DNA of 64,000 bases from an uncultured Gilliamella sp. (lineage in GTDB: Bacteria > Pseudomonadota > Gammaproteobacteria > Enterobacterales > Orbaceae), in NCBI GenBank assembly GCA_946477995.1, contig CAMLAI010000001.1, positions 7,101 to 71,100 on the forward strand, written 5' to 3'. Numbering within the stretch: position 1 is the stretch's first letter; each line of letters begins with the position of its first letter. This document shows, one piece after another, positions 11,731 through 23,149 of the stretch. A program made the translations under genes and the position numbers. Below the pieces are notes generated by a model. It made no database searches. It saw only the letters and a program-made list of their open reading frames with translations, and was not told where the DNA came from.

Positions 11731-13098
11731 ATGTTTGAGAATTTAACCGACCGTTTATCACAGACATTTCGCAATATCAGTGGGCGTGGGCGTCTGTCTG
11801 AAGATAATATTAAAGAAGCACTACGTGATGTGCGCATGGCATTACTTGAGGCCGATGTTGCTTTGCCTGTTGTTCGTGAGTTTATAAATCAAGTTAAACA
11901 AAAAGCTGTCGGCTTAGATGTTAGTAAAAGTCTAACACCAGGCCAAGAGTTTATCAAAATAGTCCAAGATGAACTCACTCGTGCCATGGGCGAAGTCAAT
12001 AGCTCACTGAATTTGGCAACCCAACCCCCAGCTGTGATTTTAATGGCGGGTTTACAAGGTGCAGGTAAAACGACCAGCGTCGCGAAATTAGCGAAGTTTT
12101 TAAAAGAAAAACAGAAAAAGAAAGTACTCGTCGTTTCTGCCGATGTCTATCGTCCTGCTGCGATTAAACAATTAGAAACCTTAGCTAAAGCGATTGATGT
12201 TGAATTTTTTCCTTCCGATATTAACGAAAAACCAGTCAATATTGTTAATAAAGCAATTAACCATGCTAAATTACAATTCTTTGATGTGCTGATTGTCGAT
12301 ACCGCAGGCCGTTTACATGTCGATAATGACATGATGGACGAAATCAAAGCACTACATCAAGCAATTAATCCAATTGAAACCCTATTTGTGGTTGATGCGA
12401 TGACGGGTCAAGATGCCGCTAATACAGCTAAAGCTTTTGATGAGGCTCTGCCGTTAACCGGTGTTATTTTAACCAAAGTCGATGGTGACGCACGTGGCGG
12501 TGCTGCATTATCAATTCGGCATATTACAGGTAAACCAATTAAATTCTTAGGCATGGGTGAAAAAACTGATGCTTTAGAACCATTTTATCCTGACCGTATT
12601 GCCTCTCGAATTTTAGGCATGGGCGATGTGATTTCTCTGATTGAAGAGTTACAAAGCAATGTCGATCGAGAAAAAGCAGAAAAAATTGCTAAAAAACTCA
12701 AAAAGGGTGACAAATTCGATTTTAACGACTTCCAAGATCAACTCAAGCAGATGCGTAATATGGGTGGAATGGGCGCCATGTTGGCTAAACTACCGGGTGT
12801 TGGTCAATTACCAGACCATATCAAAGCTCAAATGGATGACAAAATTACAATTAAAATGGAAGCCATTATTGGATCGATGACACTAAAAGAACGCGCCAAT
12901 CCTGAAATTATTAAAGGATCGCGTAAACGTCGTATTGCTAATGGTTCGGGTACGCAAGTGCAAGATGTTAACAAACTATTAAAACAGTTTGAAGATATGC
13001 AAAAAATGATGAAGAAGATGAAAGGCGGCGGCATGATGAAAATGATGCGCCAAATGAAAGGACTTATGGGCGGGGGAATGGGCTTACCAAGACGCTAA
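11731..13098 (+). CDS. ffh: Signal recognition particle protein
   Basis: MFENLTDRL start, GLQGAGKTT, DTAGR, DGDARGG, Met-rich M domain. Confidence 0.98.
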   Translation: MFENLTDRLSQTFRNISGRGRLSEDNIKEALRDVRMALLEADVALPVVREFINQVKQKAVGLDVSKSLTPGQEFIKIVQDELTRAMGEVNSSLNLATQPPAVILMAGLQGAGKTTSVAKLAKFLKEKQKKKVLVVSADVYRPAAIKQLETLAKAIDVEFFPSDINEKPVNIVNKAINHAKLQFFDVLIVDTAGRLHVDNDMMDEIKALHQAINPIETLFVVDAMTGQDAANTAKAFDEALPLTGVILTKVDGDARGGAALSIRHITGKPIKFLGMGEKTDALEPFYPDRIASRILGMGDVISLIEELQSNVDREKAEKIAKKLKKGDKFDFNDFQDQLKQMRNMGGMGAMLAKLPGVGQLPDHIKAQMDDKITIKMEAIIGSMTLKERANPEIIKGSRKRRIANGSGTQVQDVNKLLKQFEDMQKMMKKMKGGGMMKMMRQMKGLMGGGMGLPRR

Positions 13099-13155
13099 TG
13101 CGCAATTATTGCAATACATAATTGCGTCTAACCTATTCAATTTTCTAATCTAAAC

Positions 13156-13193
13156 AACACATCGCACACAATATTAGTTTTGCGATGTGTTTT
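13156..13193 (+). terminator. Probable terminator of ffh overlapping the rhtA stop
   Basis: AACACATCGCA/TGCGATGTGTT inverted repeat followed by T residues; second hairpin at 13101-13126. Confidence 0.5.
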
Positions 13194-14070
13194 CTGAGTT
13201 AATGACTGGCTTGATCGATTTAATCTTAGCCGGTCGATTCATCGCCAATACGGTTCCTATTGATGAGATAATAATTAACCCAATAGCAAACCATTGATAA
13301 TGAGTTAATTGCTCATGCAACACTATCAAACCAGAAAATGCTGCAAATACTGGCGATAAACTCATTAGCGTACTAAATGTTTGAGCCGGTAACCTTGGTA
13401 GTGCAACCATATCTAAGGCATAAGGTATAGCCGACGCTAATAAAGAAACGACAAAAACTAACGGTAATAAGTCTATCGAAAACATAGCACTGCCACTTTG
13501 CCACACACCAATTGGAAATAGCAAAAATGACGCAATAATAGATCCAATTGCAACACTTGATGAACCGTGAATAGCACCTGATTGACGCCCAAAGAGTATA
13601 TAACATGCCCAACATGCACCGGCGGATAATGCCAACAAAATACCCATCGGATCTAAATCATTGGATGCTTGATGAATCGGTAATAACATCGCTAACCCGA
13701 CAACCGCAATGGCTAACCAGACAAAATCAGTCAAACGACGGCCAGAAAACATCGCTACCATAATAGGACCGGTTAATTCAATGGCAACAGCAATACCTAA
13801 CGGAATACGAGCAATAGCATTATAAAAGCTCAAATTCATACAGCCCATTGCAACACCATAGCAAAAAATATATTTAAAAGCTTGTTTGGTTATTGGTTTA
13901 CGCCAAGGCTTGAAGATAATCGATAACATAACCGATGAAAAAGTCAGTCGCCAAGCGGTCATCCCTTCTGGACCAAGTACAGGGAACAAGTATTTCGCCA
14001 TAGATGCACTACCTTGAACCGAAATCATCGAAATAAATATTAAAAAAACAGGCCAAGTACGGTTAAACAT
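13174..14070 (-). CDS. rhtA: EamA/DMT family threonine/homoserine exporter, RhtA-like
   Basis: SVQGSASMAKYLFP, MNLSFY.AI.RIPLGIAVAIE.TGP, AGACWA.YI, IPYAL.M.AL.RLP. Confidence 0.85.
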   Translation of the reverse strand: MFNRTWPVFLIFISMISVQGSASMAKYLFPVLGPEGMTAWRLTFSSVMLSIIFKPWRKPITKQAFKYIFCYGVAMGCMNLSFYNAIARIPLGIAVAIELTGPIMVAMFSGRRLTDFVWLAIAVVGLAMLLPIHQASNDLDPMGILLALSAGACWACYILFGRQSGAIHGSSSVAIGSIIASFLLFPIGVWQSGSAMFSIDLLPLVFVVSLLASAIPYALDMVALPRLPAQTFSTLMSLSPVFAAFSGLIVLHEQLTHYQWFAIGLIIISSIGTVLAMNRPAKIKSIKPVINSENTSQN

Positions 14071-14178
14071 AAAGTATTACTCTGACAAAATTTGACAATG
14101 ATTATTCAAATAGTGAATATCAAACAGTTTAAAGAAAACGATGCTGCTCAGCATCAAACACAAACATGCTCAGTCAGC

Positions 14179-15165
14179 TTAGTTTTCTCTTTTAACAGAT
14201 AGCAAAGCAAGATCTTGCAGCGCTTTTTTGTAAGGTGAATCAGGTAAAATTGCAATAACATCAAAGGCTTTTTGGGCCTCCTGCTGTGCAGTTTGTAACG
14301 TAAATTCGAGAGATCCACAGTCTTGCATAATCTGTAAAATACGATCTAACAAATGTCGCCCATTACCTTGTAAAATAGCTTGACGAATTAATTCAGCATC
14401 ATCACTGTTGCCAGCATTATGCATAGCATGTAACAACGGTAATGTTGGTTTACCTTCATTAAGATCATCACCTAAATTTTTACCCAATTTTTGATTACTA
14501 TCAGCACTATAGTCCAATAGATCATCAATAATTTGAAATGCGGTACCTAAAAATTTACCATACTCTTGCAAGGCTAATTCTTGCTGCTCATTAGCGCCAG
14601 CTAATACCGCAGCAGAATGGGAGGTTGCTTCAAATAAACGCGCGGTTTTGCGATAAATAACTTCCAAATATTGCTCTTTAGTAATGTTTGGATCATTACA
14701 ATTAATTAACTGTTGCACTTCACCTTCAGCAATAACATTTGTTGCCGCTGACATGATAGTCAACACTTTAAACGATTCGGTGCGTACCATCATTTGAAAT
14801 GATCGCGTATAGATATAATCGCCAACTAATACGCTAGCGGCATTACCAAAAAGTGCATTAGCGGTTGATTTTCCACGTCGTAAATCAGATTCATCAACCA
14901 CATCGTCATGTAGCAATGTCGCTGTATGAATGAATTCAATAAAAGCAGCAGCAATAATGTGTTTATCGCCCTGATAATTAAGCGCCTTAGCAATTAATAA
15001 TGCGATAACAGGGCGAATACGTTTGCCGCCGCTACTAATAATATAATTACCTAATTGATTAATTAAAGCGACATCAGAGCTAAGCTCTGCCTGTATTGCT
15101 GCGTTAACTTTTACTAAGTCATCTTTTATAAGATCGAGAATTTGATTCATTGATGGATTATTCAT
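14179..15165 (-). CDS. ispB: Octaprenyl diphosphate synthase
   Basis: SGGKRIRP, HTATLLHDDVVDESDLRRG, FQIIDDLLDY, GKNLGDDLNEGKPTLPL; start uncertain (15165 or 15150). Confidence 0.95.
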   Translation of the reverse strand: MNNPSMNQILDLIKDDLVKVNAAIQAELSSDVALINQLGNYIISSGGKRIRPVIALLIAKALNYQGDKHIIAAAFIEFIHTATLLHDDVVDESDLRRGKSTANALFGNAASVLVGDYIYTRSFQMMVRTESFKVLTIMSAATNVIAEGEVQQLINCNDPNITKEQYLEVIYRKTARLFEATSHSAAVLAGANEQQELALQEYGKFLGTAFQIIDDLLDYSADSNQKLGKNLGDDLNEGKPTLPLLHAMHNAGNSDDAELIRQAILQGNGRHLLDRILQIMQDCGSLEFTLQTAQQEAQKAFDVIAILPDSPYKKALQDLALLSVKREN

Positions 15166-15264
15166 CAGCCTAACCGCTAAAAACAATAGAAATTTATTGA
15201 CTATTATCTGATAAATCTTTTTGTGCAACAAGTTATTGATATATCATCTTTAAAAAAAAACTAC

Positions 15265-15285
15265 AAATGATAAGCATTTTCATTT
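15265..15285. promoter_or_regulatory. Fur box upstream of tonB
   Basis: AAATGATAAGCATTTTCATTT resembles the palindromic Fur consensus (AATGATAATCATT); second partial box AAATGATAATTGTTAT near 15307. Confidence 0.75.
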
Positions 15286-15320
15286 AAAATGCCATCCTTA
15301 AGTAAAAAATGATAATTGTT

Positions 15321-16145
15321 ATGAAGATTAACTTTGATATTGATATCAATACTGAAAAAGATCCGCAAATTGTTGCTCAGAAAAAGCCGAAAGGTACTTA
15401 TTTATTTACCTCCCTTTCGGTCGCTTCACACTTATGCTTATTCGCCTTATTATTTAGCTCTGCACTATTTGCCAAAGATATCATTGTTGAAGAAGGAGAC
15501 AACTCAATCAAAGCTGTGATGGTTGATTTATCACAATTAGCAGCGCCTGAACAATCTTTAGTTGAAGACAAACCTGAAATAAAAGGTGACAATAACAGTG
15601 ATGTTATCGACAATAAACCTATTGAAGAAACACCAGTAGAACCAGTTGTTGAGCCAGAAGTTATTGAAGAAAAAAAACCAGAGCCAGAACCCGTTAAAAT
15701 ACCGGATAAACCAGTTATCACACCTGAAAAAGAGGTGGTAAAGCCACAACCCAAACCAAAGAAAAAACCACAACCGACACAAAAATCATCACAACAACAA
15801 GTTAGACAAGAAGTTGCAAGTGAAAATATGGCTAGCACTTCGGTCGCACCTAAAATATCGGATAATCGCCAATATTCGGCAAGCGCTTCTCCAATTAGTC
15901 GAAATCAACCAGAATACCCTAGACGAGCACTCGATATGCGTTTAGAAGGATATGTCATTGCTATGTTTGATGTTAATAGCGAAGGGCGTGTTGAAAATAT
16001 CAGAATTATTGAAGCGCAACCCAATAATATTTTTAACCGATCGGTAATTAATGCCATGAAGACATGGAAATACAAACCTATTGCTGCACAAAATTTAAAA
16101 ATCAAAATTGTATTTAATCGGGATAAATCAATTAATTTAGACTAA
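15321..16145 (+). CDS. tonB: Energy transducer TonB
   Basis: TM anchor with S..H, EP/KP proline-rich spacer, QPEYPRRA..R.EG.V...FDV...GRV.N..I C-domain. Confidence 0.9.
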   Translation: MKINFDIDINTEKDPQIVAQKKPKGTYLFTSLSVASHLCLFALLFSSALFAKDIIVEEGDNSIKAVMVDLSQLAAPEQSLVEDKPEIKGDNNSDVIDNKPIEETPVEPVVEPEVIEEKKPEPEPVKIPDKPVITPEKEVVKPQPKPKKKPQPTQKSSQQQVRQEVASENMASTSVAPKISDNRQYSASASPISRNQPEYPRRALDMRLEGYVIAMFDVNSEGRVENIRIIEAQPNNIFNRSVINAMKTWKYKPIAAQNLKIKIVFNRDKSINLD

Positions 16146-16191
16146 TAATCAAACGCTAGACTATATACAATTCATTAACAATAATTAAACT

Positions 16192-16232
16192 AAAAGCCAT
16201 AATCTTTTTAAACAATGATTATGGCACTTTTT
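16192..16232. terminator. Bidirectional terminator between tonB and pepP
   Basis: GCCATAATC/GATTATGGC stem flanked by AAAA and TTTTT. Confidence 0.6.
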
Positions 16233-16233
16233 A

Positions 16234-17559
16234 TCACTCAATAACCGATGCTTTATTGGCCATCAGCTTTTCAATTTCACTAGGCTCTTTAGGTACAGCA
16301 GAAGTGAGTACTTCGTTACCCGATGAAGTAATTAAAATATTATCTTCAATACGAATCCCAATCCCTTTATATTGATCAGGTACATCGGCATTTTGGTTAA
16401 TATATAATCCTGGTTCAACAGTCAACACCATACCTGGTTTTAAAAGATAAAGGCGATCACTTCCTACATCGTGAACATCAATGCCTAACCAATGCCCTAA
16501 ACCATGCATATAAAATTCAGTATACGCCTTATCAGCGATCAATTTATCCACATCGCCTTGCATAATACCTAATTTTACCAATCCCTCGACCATAATTTTA
16601 ATCACGGTCTGATTAACTTGGTTAATTGAGTTTCCGGGTTTTAAGAGCTTAATTGCGGCATATTGTGATGCCAGAACAATATCATAAATTTCACGTTGAG
16701 CCTGACTAAATTTACCGTTTATAGGGAATGTTCGCGTAATATCACCCGCATAATGCTGATACTCACATCCCGCATCAATGAGTACCAAATCACCCTCTTT
16801 CAATGGTGCACTATTATTTTCGTAGTGTAAGATACAGCCATTATTACCGCTTCCAACAATAGTATTATAAGCAGGATATCGGGCACCATGACACGCGAAT
16901 TCATATAAAATTTCTGCCTCTAAGTGATACTCATACAAGTTTGGCTTACATTTTTGCATAGCCCTTCGGTGAGCTTGAGCACTGATATCACAAGCCTGCC
17001 GTAAAATATTTATCTCAAAATCTGATTTAAACATTCGCATTTTATGCACAACAGGCCGCCAATCACTGATTGAAATTGGTTTTAAACCAGTGGATTTACC
17101 TTCTTTGATTAAAGCTCGTAATGCTTTTTTAATAATCTTATCCGCGTATTGATACTGCTCATCGGCATAATAAACGATATCTTTTCCCTTCAAGATTTTA
17201 GGTAAATTAGCATTAATGCTGTCAAAACAATAAGCCTCATCCACCCAAACTGTGTCTAAAGCAAGCGCTTGCCCTAAACGATAACCGGTCCATGTTTCAG
17301 CTAAAGGATCTTTTTTTCGATTAAATAAGACATAACGTGCCTGATTATCATGTTGTTTAATTACTACAAAAACCGCTTCTGGCTCATTAAAACAAGTAAA
17401 ATACCAAAAATCACTATTTTGCCGATAAGGGTAATGCGTATCGTTACTTCGAACAACTTCTGGCGCTGCAAAGAAAAGTGCCACACTATTGGTTGCCATT
17501 TTAGCAAGTAATGTTTCACGACGATTACACAGTTCAGTTTTAATATCTGTATCTATCAT
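16234..17559 (-). CDS. pepP: Xaa-Pro aminopeptidase P
   Basis: YRQNSDFWYFT.F.EPE, ILHY, LIDAG, GDITRTFP, HGLGHWLG.DVHD, TVEPG, GIRIED. Confidence 0.96.
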   Translation of the reverse strand: MIDTDIKTELCNRRETLLAKMATNSVALFFAAPEVVRSNDTHYPYRQNSDFWYFTCFNEPEAVFVVIKQHDNQARYVLFNRKKDPLAETWTGYRLGQALALDTVWVDEAYCFDSINANLPKILKGKDIVYYADEQYQYADKIIKKALRALIKEGKSTGLKPISISDWRPVVHKMRMFKSDFEINILRQACDISAQAHRRAMQKCKPNLYEYHLEAEILYEFACHGARYPAYNTIVGSGNNGCILHYENNSAPLKEGDLVLIDAGCEYQHYAGDITRTFPINGKFSQAQREIYDIVLASQYAAIKLLKPGNSINQVNQTVIKIMVEGLVKLGIMQGDVDKLIADKAYTEFYMHGLGHWLGIDVHDVGSDRLYLLKPGMVLTVEPGLYINQNADVPDQYKGIGIRIEDNILITSSGNEVLTSAVPKEPSEIEKLMANKASVIE

Positions 17560-17592
17560 TTTAATGATCCTAAAAAGAAATGATTATTCCAA

Positions 17593-18135
17593 TTAATGAA
17601 TAGTCGGTACAATATCTGATTCATTAAATTCATCGTAGCACAACATTGAGGTGATACGGACATACTCTTTAATTTCTTCAAAAGCAAAACCAAGTTCTTG
17701 CTGATCCTCATTTTCATCATAACCAAGCTTGACTATTTGACGTAAATCATAAATCGCTTCGCCAACATCACCTTTTAATCGGTTAATCGTTGGTTGAACT
17801 AAACCTATTCCCAGTAAAAAATGATTAACCCAACCAACTAATTCATCGATCTGCGAAAACAGATCATGCTCACTAAGTAATAACTCAAACTCAAAATTTT
17901 CATTAGAAAATTGCTGTTTGGTTAAATCATAAAGCTTTTTAATTTGTTGCTCTAATGGTTCTGCAATCGCCTCTCCATTATTTAACATATCCTTGACTAA
18001 TGGACGCCAACTTTCATCATGATTACCACCCGCTAAAATCCCGGATATAAAACCATGTAATTCAGCAGCATTAATCCCAATGTTACATTCGATTAATTGA
18101 CGATTTAATTCGTCATAGTTAATAGTATCAGTCAT
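17593..18135 (-). CDS. ygfB: UPF0149 family protein YgfB
   Basis: AAELHG.ISG, WVNHFLLG.G, EEI.EYVR; directly upstream of pepP. Confidence 0.9.
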   Translation of the reverse strand: MTDTINYDELNRQLIECNIGINAAELHGFISGILAGGNHDESWRPLVKDMLNNGEAIAEPLEQQIKKLYDLTKQQFSNENFEFELLLSEHDLFSQIDELVGWVNHFLLGIGLVQPTINRLKGDVGEAIYDLRQIVKLGYDENEDQQELGFAFEEIKEYVRITSMLCYDEFNESDIVPTIH

Positions 18136-18257
18136 TACCCCACCCTGATCTTGTCACGTCAATAAAATGCACCCTGCACTTTCACTAATAATTAGTATAT
18201 AATTCATACCTAGTTATAAATAATAAACAGGTTACCAAGCTTTATAAAGGAATTATT

Positions 18258-18602
18258 TTGAACATTGCAAGTTTATTCATCAAATTTCCCCTGCTATTTA
18301 TCACGTTTGCTTTAACATTAACAGCCTGTAGTTCATGGTCATCAAACAAAGGTGTTATTATTCTCGATCTACGCGATAAAACCCATACCTATGTAAAAAG
18401 CCAAGATTTACCAAACCATTATAAATTAGGAACGAGTGAACAAGAACTGCAACGATTTGAAACATTCTGTGAGCAAGAAATTAAAATTTCAAAGCATGAT
18501 GGTAGCGAAGAGGCCGTTTTTGAAAACATTAAACATGGTGTTCATGGGCAAGTTGAATTCAAAAAGTGTAGTGATAAGATCACTCGAATTTACCAATATT
18601 GA
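18258..18602 (+). CDS. Hypothetical lipoprotein
   Basis: TTG start after AAGGA; hydrophobic signal ending in LTA-C; two further Cys. Confidence 0.6.
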   Translation: MNIASLFIKFPLLFITFALTLTACSSWSSNKGVIILDLRDKTHTYVKSQDLPNHYKLGTSEQELQRFETFCEQEIKISKHDGSEEAVFENIKHGVHGQVEFKKCSDKITRIYQY

Positions 18603-18741
18603 TAAAATATGACTAATCTTGAGGTATTACTAAAAATAATATTAACTGTTTCAAAGTTATATTAAATCTTACTGGCGTTTCTGGCAGTTTTTATTTATAT
18701 TGTTCGCGTAAATGATAATATTTTTGGGAGTAAAAATAACT

Positions 18742-18999
18742 ATGTACAAGCAAGATGTCACAATTACTGCATCGAATGGTCTTCATACCCGTCCTGCTGC
18801 ACAATTTGTCAAAGAAGCAAAAAACTTTAACTCTGAAATTACAGTTACATCCAATGGTAAGAGCGCAAGTGCTAAAAGTTTATTTAAATTACAAACTTTA
18901 GGATTAACACAAGGAACAACAATTACAATTTCTGCTGAAGGCGAAGATGAAAAAGAAGCAGTACATCATCTAGTAAAATTAATTCCAGAATTAGAATAA
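18742..18999 (+). CDS. ptsH: Phosphocarrier protein HPr
   Basis: [29 protein letters not shown]. Confidence 0.97.
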   Translation: MYKQDVTITASNGLHTRPAAQFVKEAKNFNSEITVTSNGKSASAKSLFKLQTLGLTQGTTITISAEGEDEKEAVHHLVKLIPELE

Positions 19000-19051
19000 T
19001 AACTCCCAATTAGCTATGAACAGTTTTAAAATTGAATAAGGATTAAATGTT

Positions 19052-20779
19052 ATGGTATCAGGTATACTTGTTTCTCCCGGTATCGCTTTTGCAAAAGCGT
19101 TATTATTAAAAGAAGAGCCTATTGTTATTAATAATAAACAAATTCTTGATAACAAAATCGATGCAGAAATTGAACGTTTTAAAGAAGCTCGTCAAAAGTC
19201 TAGCGAGCAACTTAACGCTATCATGGAACGAGCTAAATCAACATTAGGTGAAGATAAAGCGGCTATCTTTGAAGGTCATATTATGCTTCTTGAAGATGAA
19301 GATCTTGAACAAGAAGTTATTTCACGAATCGAAAGTAAACACTCAAGCGCCGATGCGGCAGTACAATCTGTATTTGAAGCACAAGCAAAAGAGCTTGAAA
19401 ATTTAGACGATGAATATCTAAAAGAACGTGCAGCAGACATTCGTGATATTGGTAAACGATTACTAAAAAATATTTTAGGCATCGAAATTGTCGATTTAAG
19501 TGCAATAAGCCAACCTTGTATTTTAGTTGCAACGGATCTTACACCCTCTGAAACCGCTCAATTAAATTTAGAAATGGTGTTAGGCTTCATCACTGATGCA
19601 GGTGGACGCACTTCACACACATCAATCATGGCTCGTTCATTAGAAATTCCAGCAATCGTGGGGACATCTAATGCAACACAAGAAATCAAACAAGGTGATT
19701 TTGTAATTTTAGATGCCATCAACAATGCAATTTACATCAATCCGGATCATTCAACTCAAGAAAAGCTAAAACAAGTTCAAGCAAAATATCTTGCCGACAA
19801 AGAAGAACTCGCTAAATTGAAAGATTTACCAGCTGTTACCCTTGATGGGCATCAAGTGGAAATTTGTGGCAATATTGGTACCGTACGCGATATCGCTGGT
19901 GCAGAACGTAATGGTTATGAAGGTGTTGGTCTTTATCGTACTGAATTTTTATTCATGGATCGTGAAAGTTATCCTGATGAAGAAGAACAATTTAAAGCGT
20001 ATAAAGAAGTAGCACAAGCCACTAATGGTTTATCTGTCATCGTCCGTACTATGGATATTGGTGGTGATAAAGATGTTCCTTATATGCATCTTCCAAAAGA
20101 AGAGAATCCATTCCTAGGCTGGCGAGCGATTCGTATTTGCTTAGATAGAAAAGAAATACTTCATGCTCAGTTGCGCGCTATTTTACGTGCATCAGCATTT
20201 GGTAAACTTCGCATTATGTTCCCAATGATTATTTCTGTTGAAGAAATTCGTCTATTAAAATCAGAAATCAATATTCTAAAAGAACAATTAAATGCAGAAG
20301 GTAAAGCATTCGATAAAAATATCGAAATTGGTGTCATGATTGAAACGCCAGCTGCTGCGGTAATTGCGCATCATTTAGCGAAAGAAGTTGATTTCTTTAG
20401 TATTGGTACTAATGATCTAACACAATATACATTAGCCGTTGATCGTGGTAATGAGCTTATTTCACACCTTTATAATCCACTTTCACCATCGGTATTAACT
20501 TTAATTAAGAAAGTTATCGATGCGTCTCACCAAGAAGGTAAATGGACAGGTATGTGTGGTGAGCTTGCTGGTGATGAAAGAGCCACTATCTTATTACTTG
20601 GTATGGGGCTTGATGAATTCAGTATGAGTGCGGTATCTATTCCGAAAATTAAAAAATTAATTCGTAATACTAATTACCAAGAAGCGAAAAAATTTGCAGA
20701 TACAGCATTAGAAAAAGCAACAGCTAAAGAAATTCTTGATTTAATACAAACTTATACCGCTGAAAAGCAAATTTGTTAG
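19052..20779 (+). CDS. ptsI: PEP-protein phosphotransferase enzyme I
   Basis: [38 protein letters not shown]. Confidence 0.98.
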   Translation: MVSGILVSPGIAFAKALLLKEEPIVINNKQILDNKIDAEIERFKEARQKSSEQLNAIMERAKSTLGEDKAAIFEGHIMLLEDEDLEQEVISRIESKHSSADAAVQSVFEAQAKELENLDDEYLKERAADIRDIGKRLLKNILGIEIVDLSAISQPCILVATDLTPSETAQLNLEMVLGFITDAGGRTSHTSIMARSLEIPAIVGTSNATQEIKQGDFVILDAINNAIYINPDHSTQEKLKQVQAKYLADKEELAKLKDLPAVTLDGHQVEICGNIGTVRDIAGAERNGYEGVGLYRTEFLFMDRESYPDEEEQFKAYKEVAQATNGLSVIVRTMDIGGDKDVPYMHLPKEENPFLGWRAIRICLDRKEILHAQLRAILRASAFGKLRIMFPMIISVEEIRLLKSEINILKEQLNAEGKAFDKNIEIGVMIETPAAAVIAHHLAKEVDFFSIGTNDLTQYTLAVDRGNELISHLYNPLSPSVLTLIKKVIDASHQEGKWTGMCGELAGDERATILLLGMGLDEFSMSAVSIPKIKKLIRNTNYQEAKKFADTALEKATAKEILDLIQTYTAEKQIC

Positions 20780-20788
20780 GAGACAACG

Positions 20789-21292
20789 ATGGGACTGTTC
20801 GATAAAATAAAGCAATTTGTGTCCGATGATAGTAAAAATAGCATCGAAATTATTGCGCCACTAAGTGGTGAAATTGTCAAAATCGAAGATGTACCTGATG
20901 TGGTTTTTGCTGAAAAAATTGTCGGTGATGGTGTTGCAATCAAACCTTCTGGGAATAAAATTGTTGCGCCATTAAGTGGTAAAATTGGCAAAATCTTCGA
21001 GACCAATCATGCTTTCGCCATCGAATCAGACGAAGGTATTGAGCTTTTTGTGCATTTTGGTATTGATACAGTAGAACTAAAAGGTGAAGGTTTTACACGT
21101 ATAGCCGAAGAAGGTCAGCAAGTTAAAGTAGGTGATACAATTATAGAGATTGATTTACCATTACTGGAAAGTAAAGCAAAATCAGTCTTAACACCGGTTG
21201 TCATTTCCAACATGGAAACCATTGCCGAACTAACTAAATTATCGGGCACTGTCGAAGCAGGAAAAACACCAATAATGCGAGTTAAGAAGTAA
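20789..21292 (+). CDS. crr: PTS glucose-specific EIIA
   Basis: [34 protein letters not shown]. Confidence 0.97.
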   Translation: MGLFDKIKQFVSDDSKNSIEIIAPLSGEIVKIEDVPDVVFAEKIVGDGVAIKPSGNKIVAPLSGKIGKIFETNHAFAIESDEGIELFVHFGIDTVELKGEGFTRIAEEGQQVKVGDTIIEIDLPLLESKAKSVLTPVVISNMETIAELTKLSGTVEAGKTPIMRVKK

Positions 21293-21312
21293 TTACTGAT
21301 CTTGTTAGCTAT

Positions 21313-21350
21313 AAAAAAAACCTTCAGTCCAAAAACTGAAGGTTTTTTAT
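21313..21350. terminator. Bidirectional intrinsic terminator crr/pgi
   Basis: AAAAAACCTTCAGT-CCAAAA-ACTGAAGGTTTTTT. Confidence 0.88.
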
Positions 21351-21382
21351 TGGTTCAACTATATTGAATCAATAAAATCAGA

Positions 21383-23032
21383 TTAACGCCACTTTTTATA
21401 CTGATTAATTAAGTTATTGGTTGATTGGTCGTGAGAACTTACCGGCTTATCATCAGCCAATTCAGGTAAAATTCGACCCGCTAACTGCTTGCCAAGTTCA
21501 ACGCCCCATTGATCAAAACTAAATATATTAAGGATAACACCTTGTGTGAAGATTTTATGTTCATACATCGCAACTAATGCACCGAGAGTATAAGGCGTAA
21601 TTTTTTTCACTAAAATTGAATTAGTCGGTTTGTTACCTTCAAATACTTTAAATGGCACAACGGATTTAACTTCATCTAAACGTTTACCTGCTGCAATAAA
21701 CTCTTGTTCAACTTGCTGCGCTGTTTTACCAAAAGCCAATGCTTCTGTTTGAGCAAAAAAGTTAGATAACAATTTTGGATGATGGTCCCCAACCGGATTA
21801 TGGCTGATAGCTGGTGCGATAAAATCACAAGGGATGAGCTTAGTACCTTGATGAATGAGTTGATAAAACGCATGTTGCCCATTGGTTCCTGGTTCGCCCC
21901 AAATGATTGGACCAGTCGTATACGTTGTTTTATTACCATTACGATCAACACTTTTACCATTTGACTCCATATTTCCTTGTTGAAAATAAGCAGCAAAGCG
22001 ATGCATATATTGATCATAAGGTAAAATAGCTTCGGTTTCAGCACCACAAAAATTATTGTACCAAAGCCCTATTAACGCGAGTAATGCAGGAATATTTTTA
22101 TCAATTGGCGCACTTTGGAAATGTTTATCCATAGCATGACCGCCAGCTAAAAATTGTTTGAAATTATCAAATCCAATGGATAAAACAATCGATAACCCGA
22201 TTGCTGACCACGATGAGTATCGCCCACCGACCCAGTCCCAAAATTCAAACATATTTGCCGTATCAATGCCGAATTTTTCAACTTCTTTGGCGTTAGTTGA
22301 TAACGCGACAAAATGTAATGCAACCGCTTTATCATCTTTTGCAGCATCAAGTAACCATTTACGTGCAGTTTGCGCGTTGGTCATGGTCTCTTGGGTAGTA
22401 AACGTTTTAGATGCAACTAAAAATAAGGTTGTTTCAGGATTTAATCCTTTGAGCGCTTCAACAATATGCGTACCGTCAACATTCGATACAAAATGCATGG
22501 TTAAATGATTTTTATAAGGGCGTAAAGCTTCTGTAATCATATGTGGACCAAGATCCGAACCACCAATACCAATATTGACAACATCGGTAATTGCTTTACC
22601 GGTATAACCTTTCCACTCACCGCTAATCACTTTTTTACTGAATGACGCCATTTTTGCCAGTACGGCATTAACATCATCCATGACATTTTTTCCATCGACA
22701 TAGATCGGGTTATTTTCTACATTACGCAATGCTACATGTAAAACAGCACGGTTTTCAGTACGGTTAATTTTTTCACCACTATACATCGCTTTAATTGCGC
22801 TATTTAAATCACATTCTTGCGCCAATTTGTAGAGAATGTCCAATGTCTCTTGTGTCACACGATTTTTTGATAAATCGACCAAAAATTCATCTTCAAATGG
22901 AATACTGAGTTTTTCAACACGATTAGGTTCATCTTTTAAGATCTGTGCAATAGTTTTATTATGGTGTTTTTGGTAGCTTGTTTGCAGTGACTTCCAAGCG
23001 GAAGTAGTAGTTGGATCAATTGACTTTAACAT
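21383..23032 (-). CDS. pgi: Glucose-6-phosphate isomerase
   Basis: [43 protein letters not shown]; start 23032 after AAGGA. Confidence 0.98.
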   Translation of the reverse strand: MLKSIDPTTTSAWKSLQTSYQKHHNKTIAQILKDEPNRVEKLSIPFEDEFLVDLSKNRVTQETLDILYKLAQECDLNSAIKAMYSGEKINRTENRAVLHVALRNVENNPIYVDGKNVMDDVNAVLAKMASFSKKVISGEWKGYTGKAITDVVNIGIGGSDLGPHMITEALRPYKNHLTMHFVSNVDGTHIVEALKGLNPETTLFLVASKTFTTQETMTNAQTARKWLLDAAKDDKAVALHFVALSTNAKEVEKFGIDTANMFEFWDWVGGRYSSWSAIGLSIVLSIGFDNFKQFLAGGHAMDKHFQSAPIDKNIPALLALIGLWYNNFCGAETEAILPYDQYMHRFAAYFQQGNMESNGKSVDRNGNKTTYTTGPIIWGEPGTNGQHAFYQLIHQGTKLIPCDFIAPAISHNPVGDHHPKLLSNFFAQTEALAFGKTAQQVEQEFIAAGKRLDEVKSVVPFKVFEGNKPTNSILVKKITPYTLGALVAMYEHKIFTQGVILNIFSFDQWGVELGKQLAGRILPELADDKPVSSHDQSTNNLINQYKKWR

Positions 23033-23149
23033 AATAAATTCCTTAAATAATATAGCATTACTAACCATAATATAACTATGACTAACATGATGCAAGATAA
23101 GGATCTTTTATCTTTTATTTTTAAATTAATCACGCTAAAAATTTATCAA

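Noticed and set aside
13000-13098. Met/Gly/Lys low-complexity repeat at the ffh 3' end
   Set aside because: Normal M-domain tail of Ffh
15398-15838. 146-aa antisense ORF and EP/KP repeats in tonB
   Set aside because: Shadow ORF of the normal proline-rich TonB spacer
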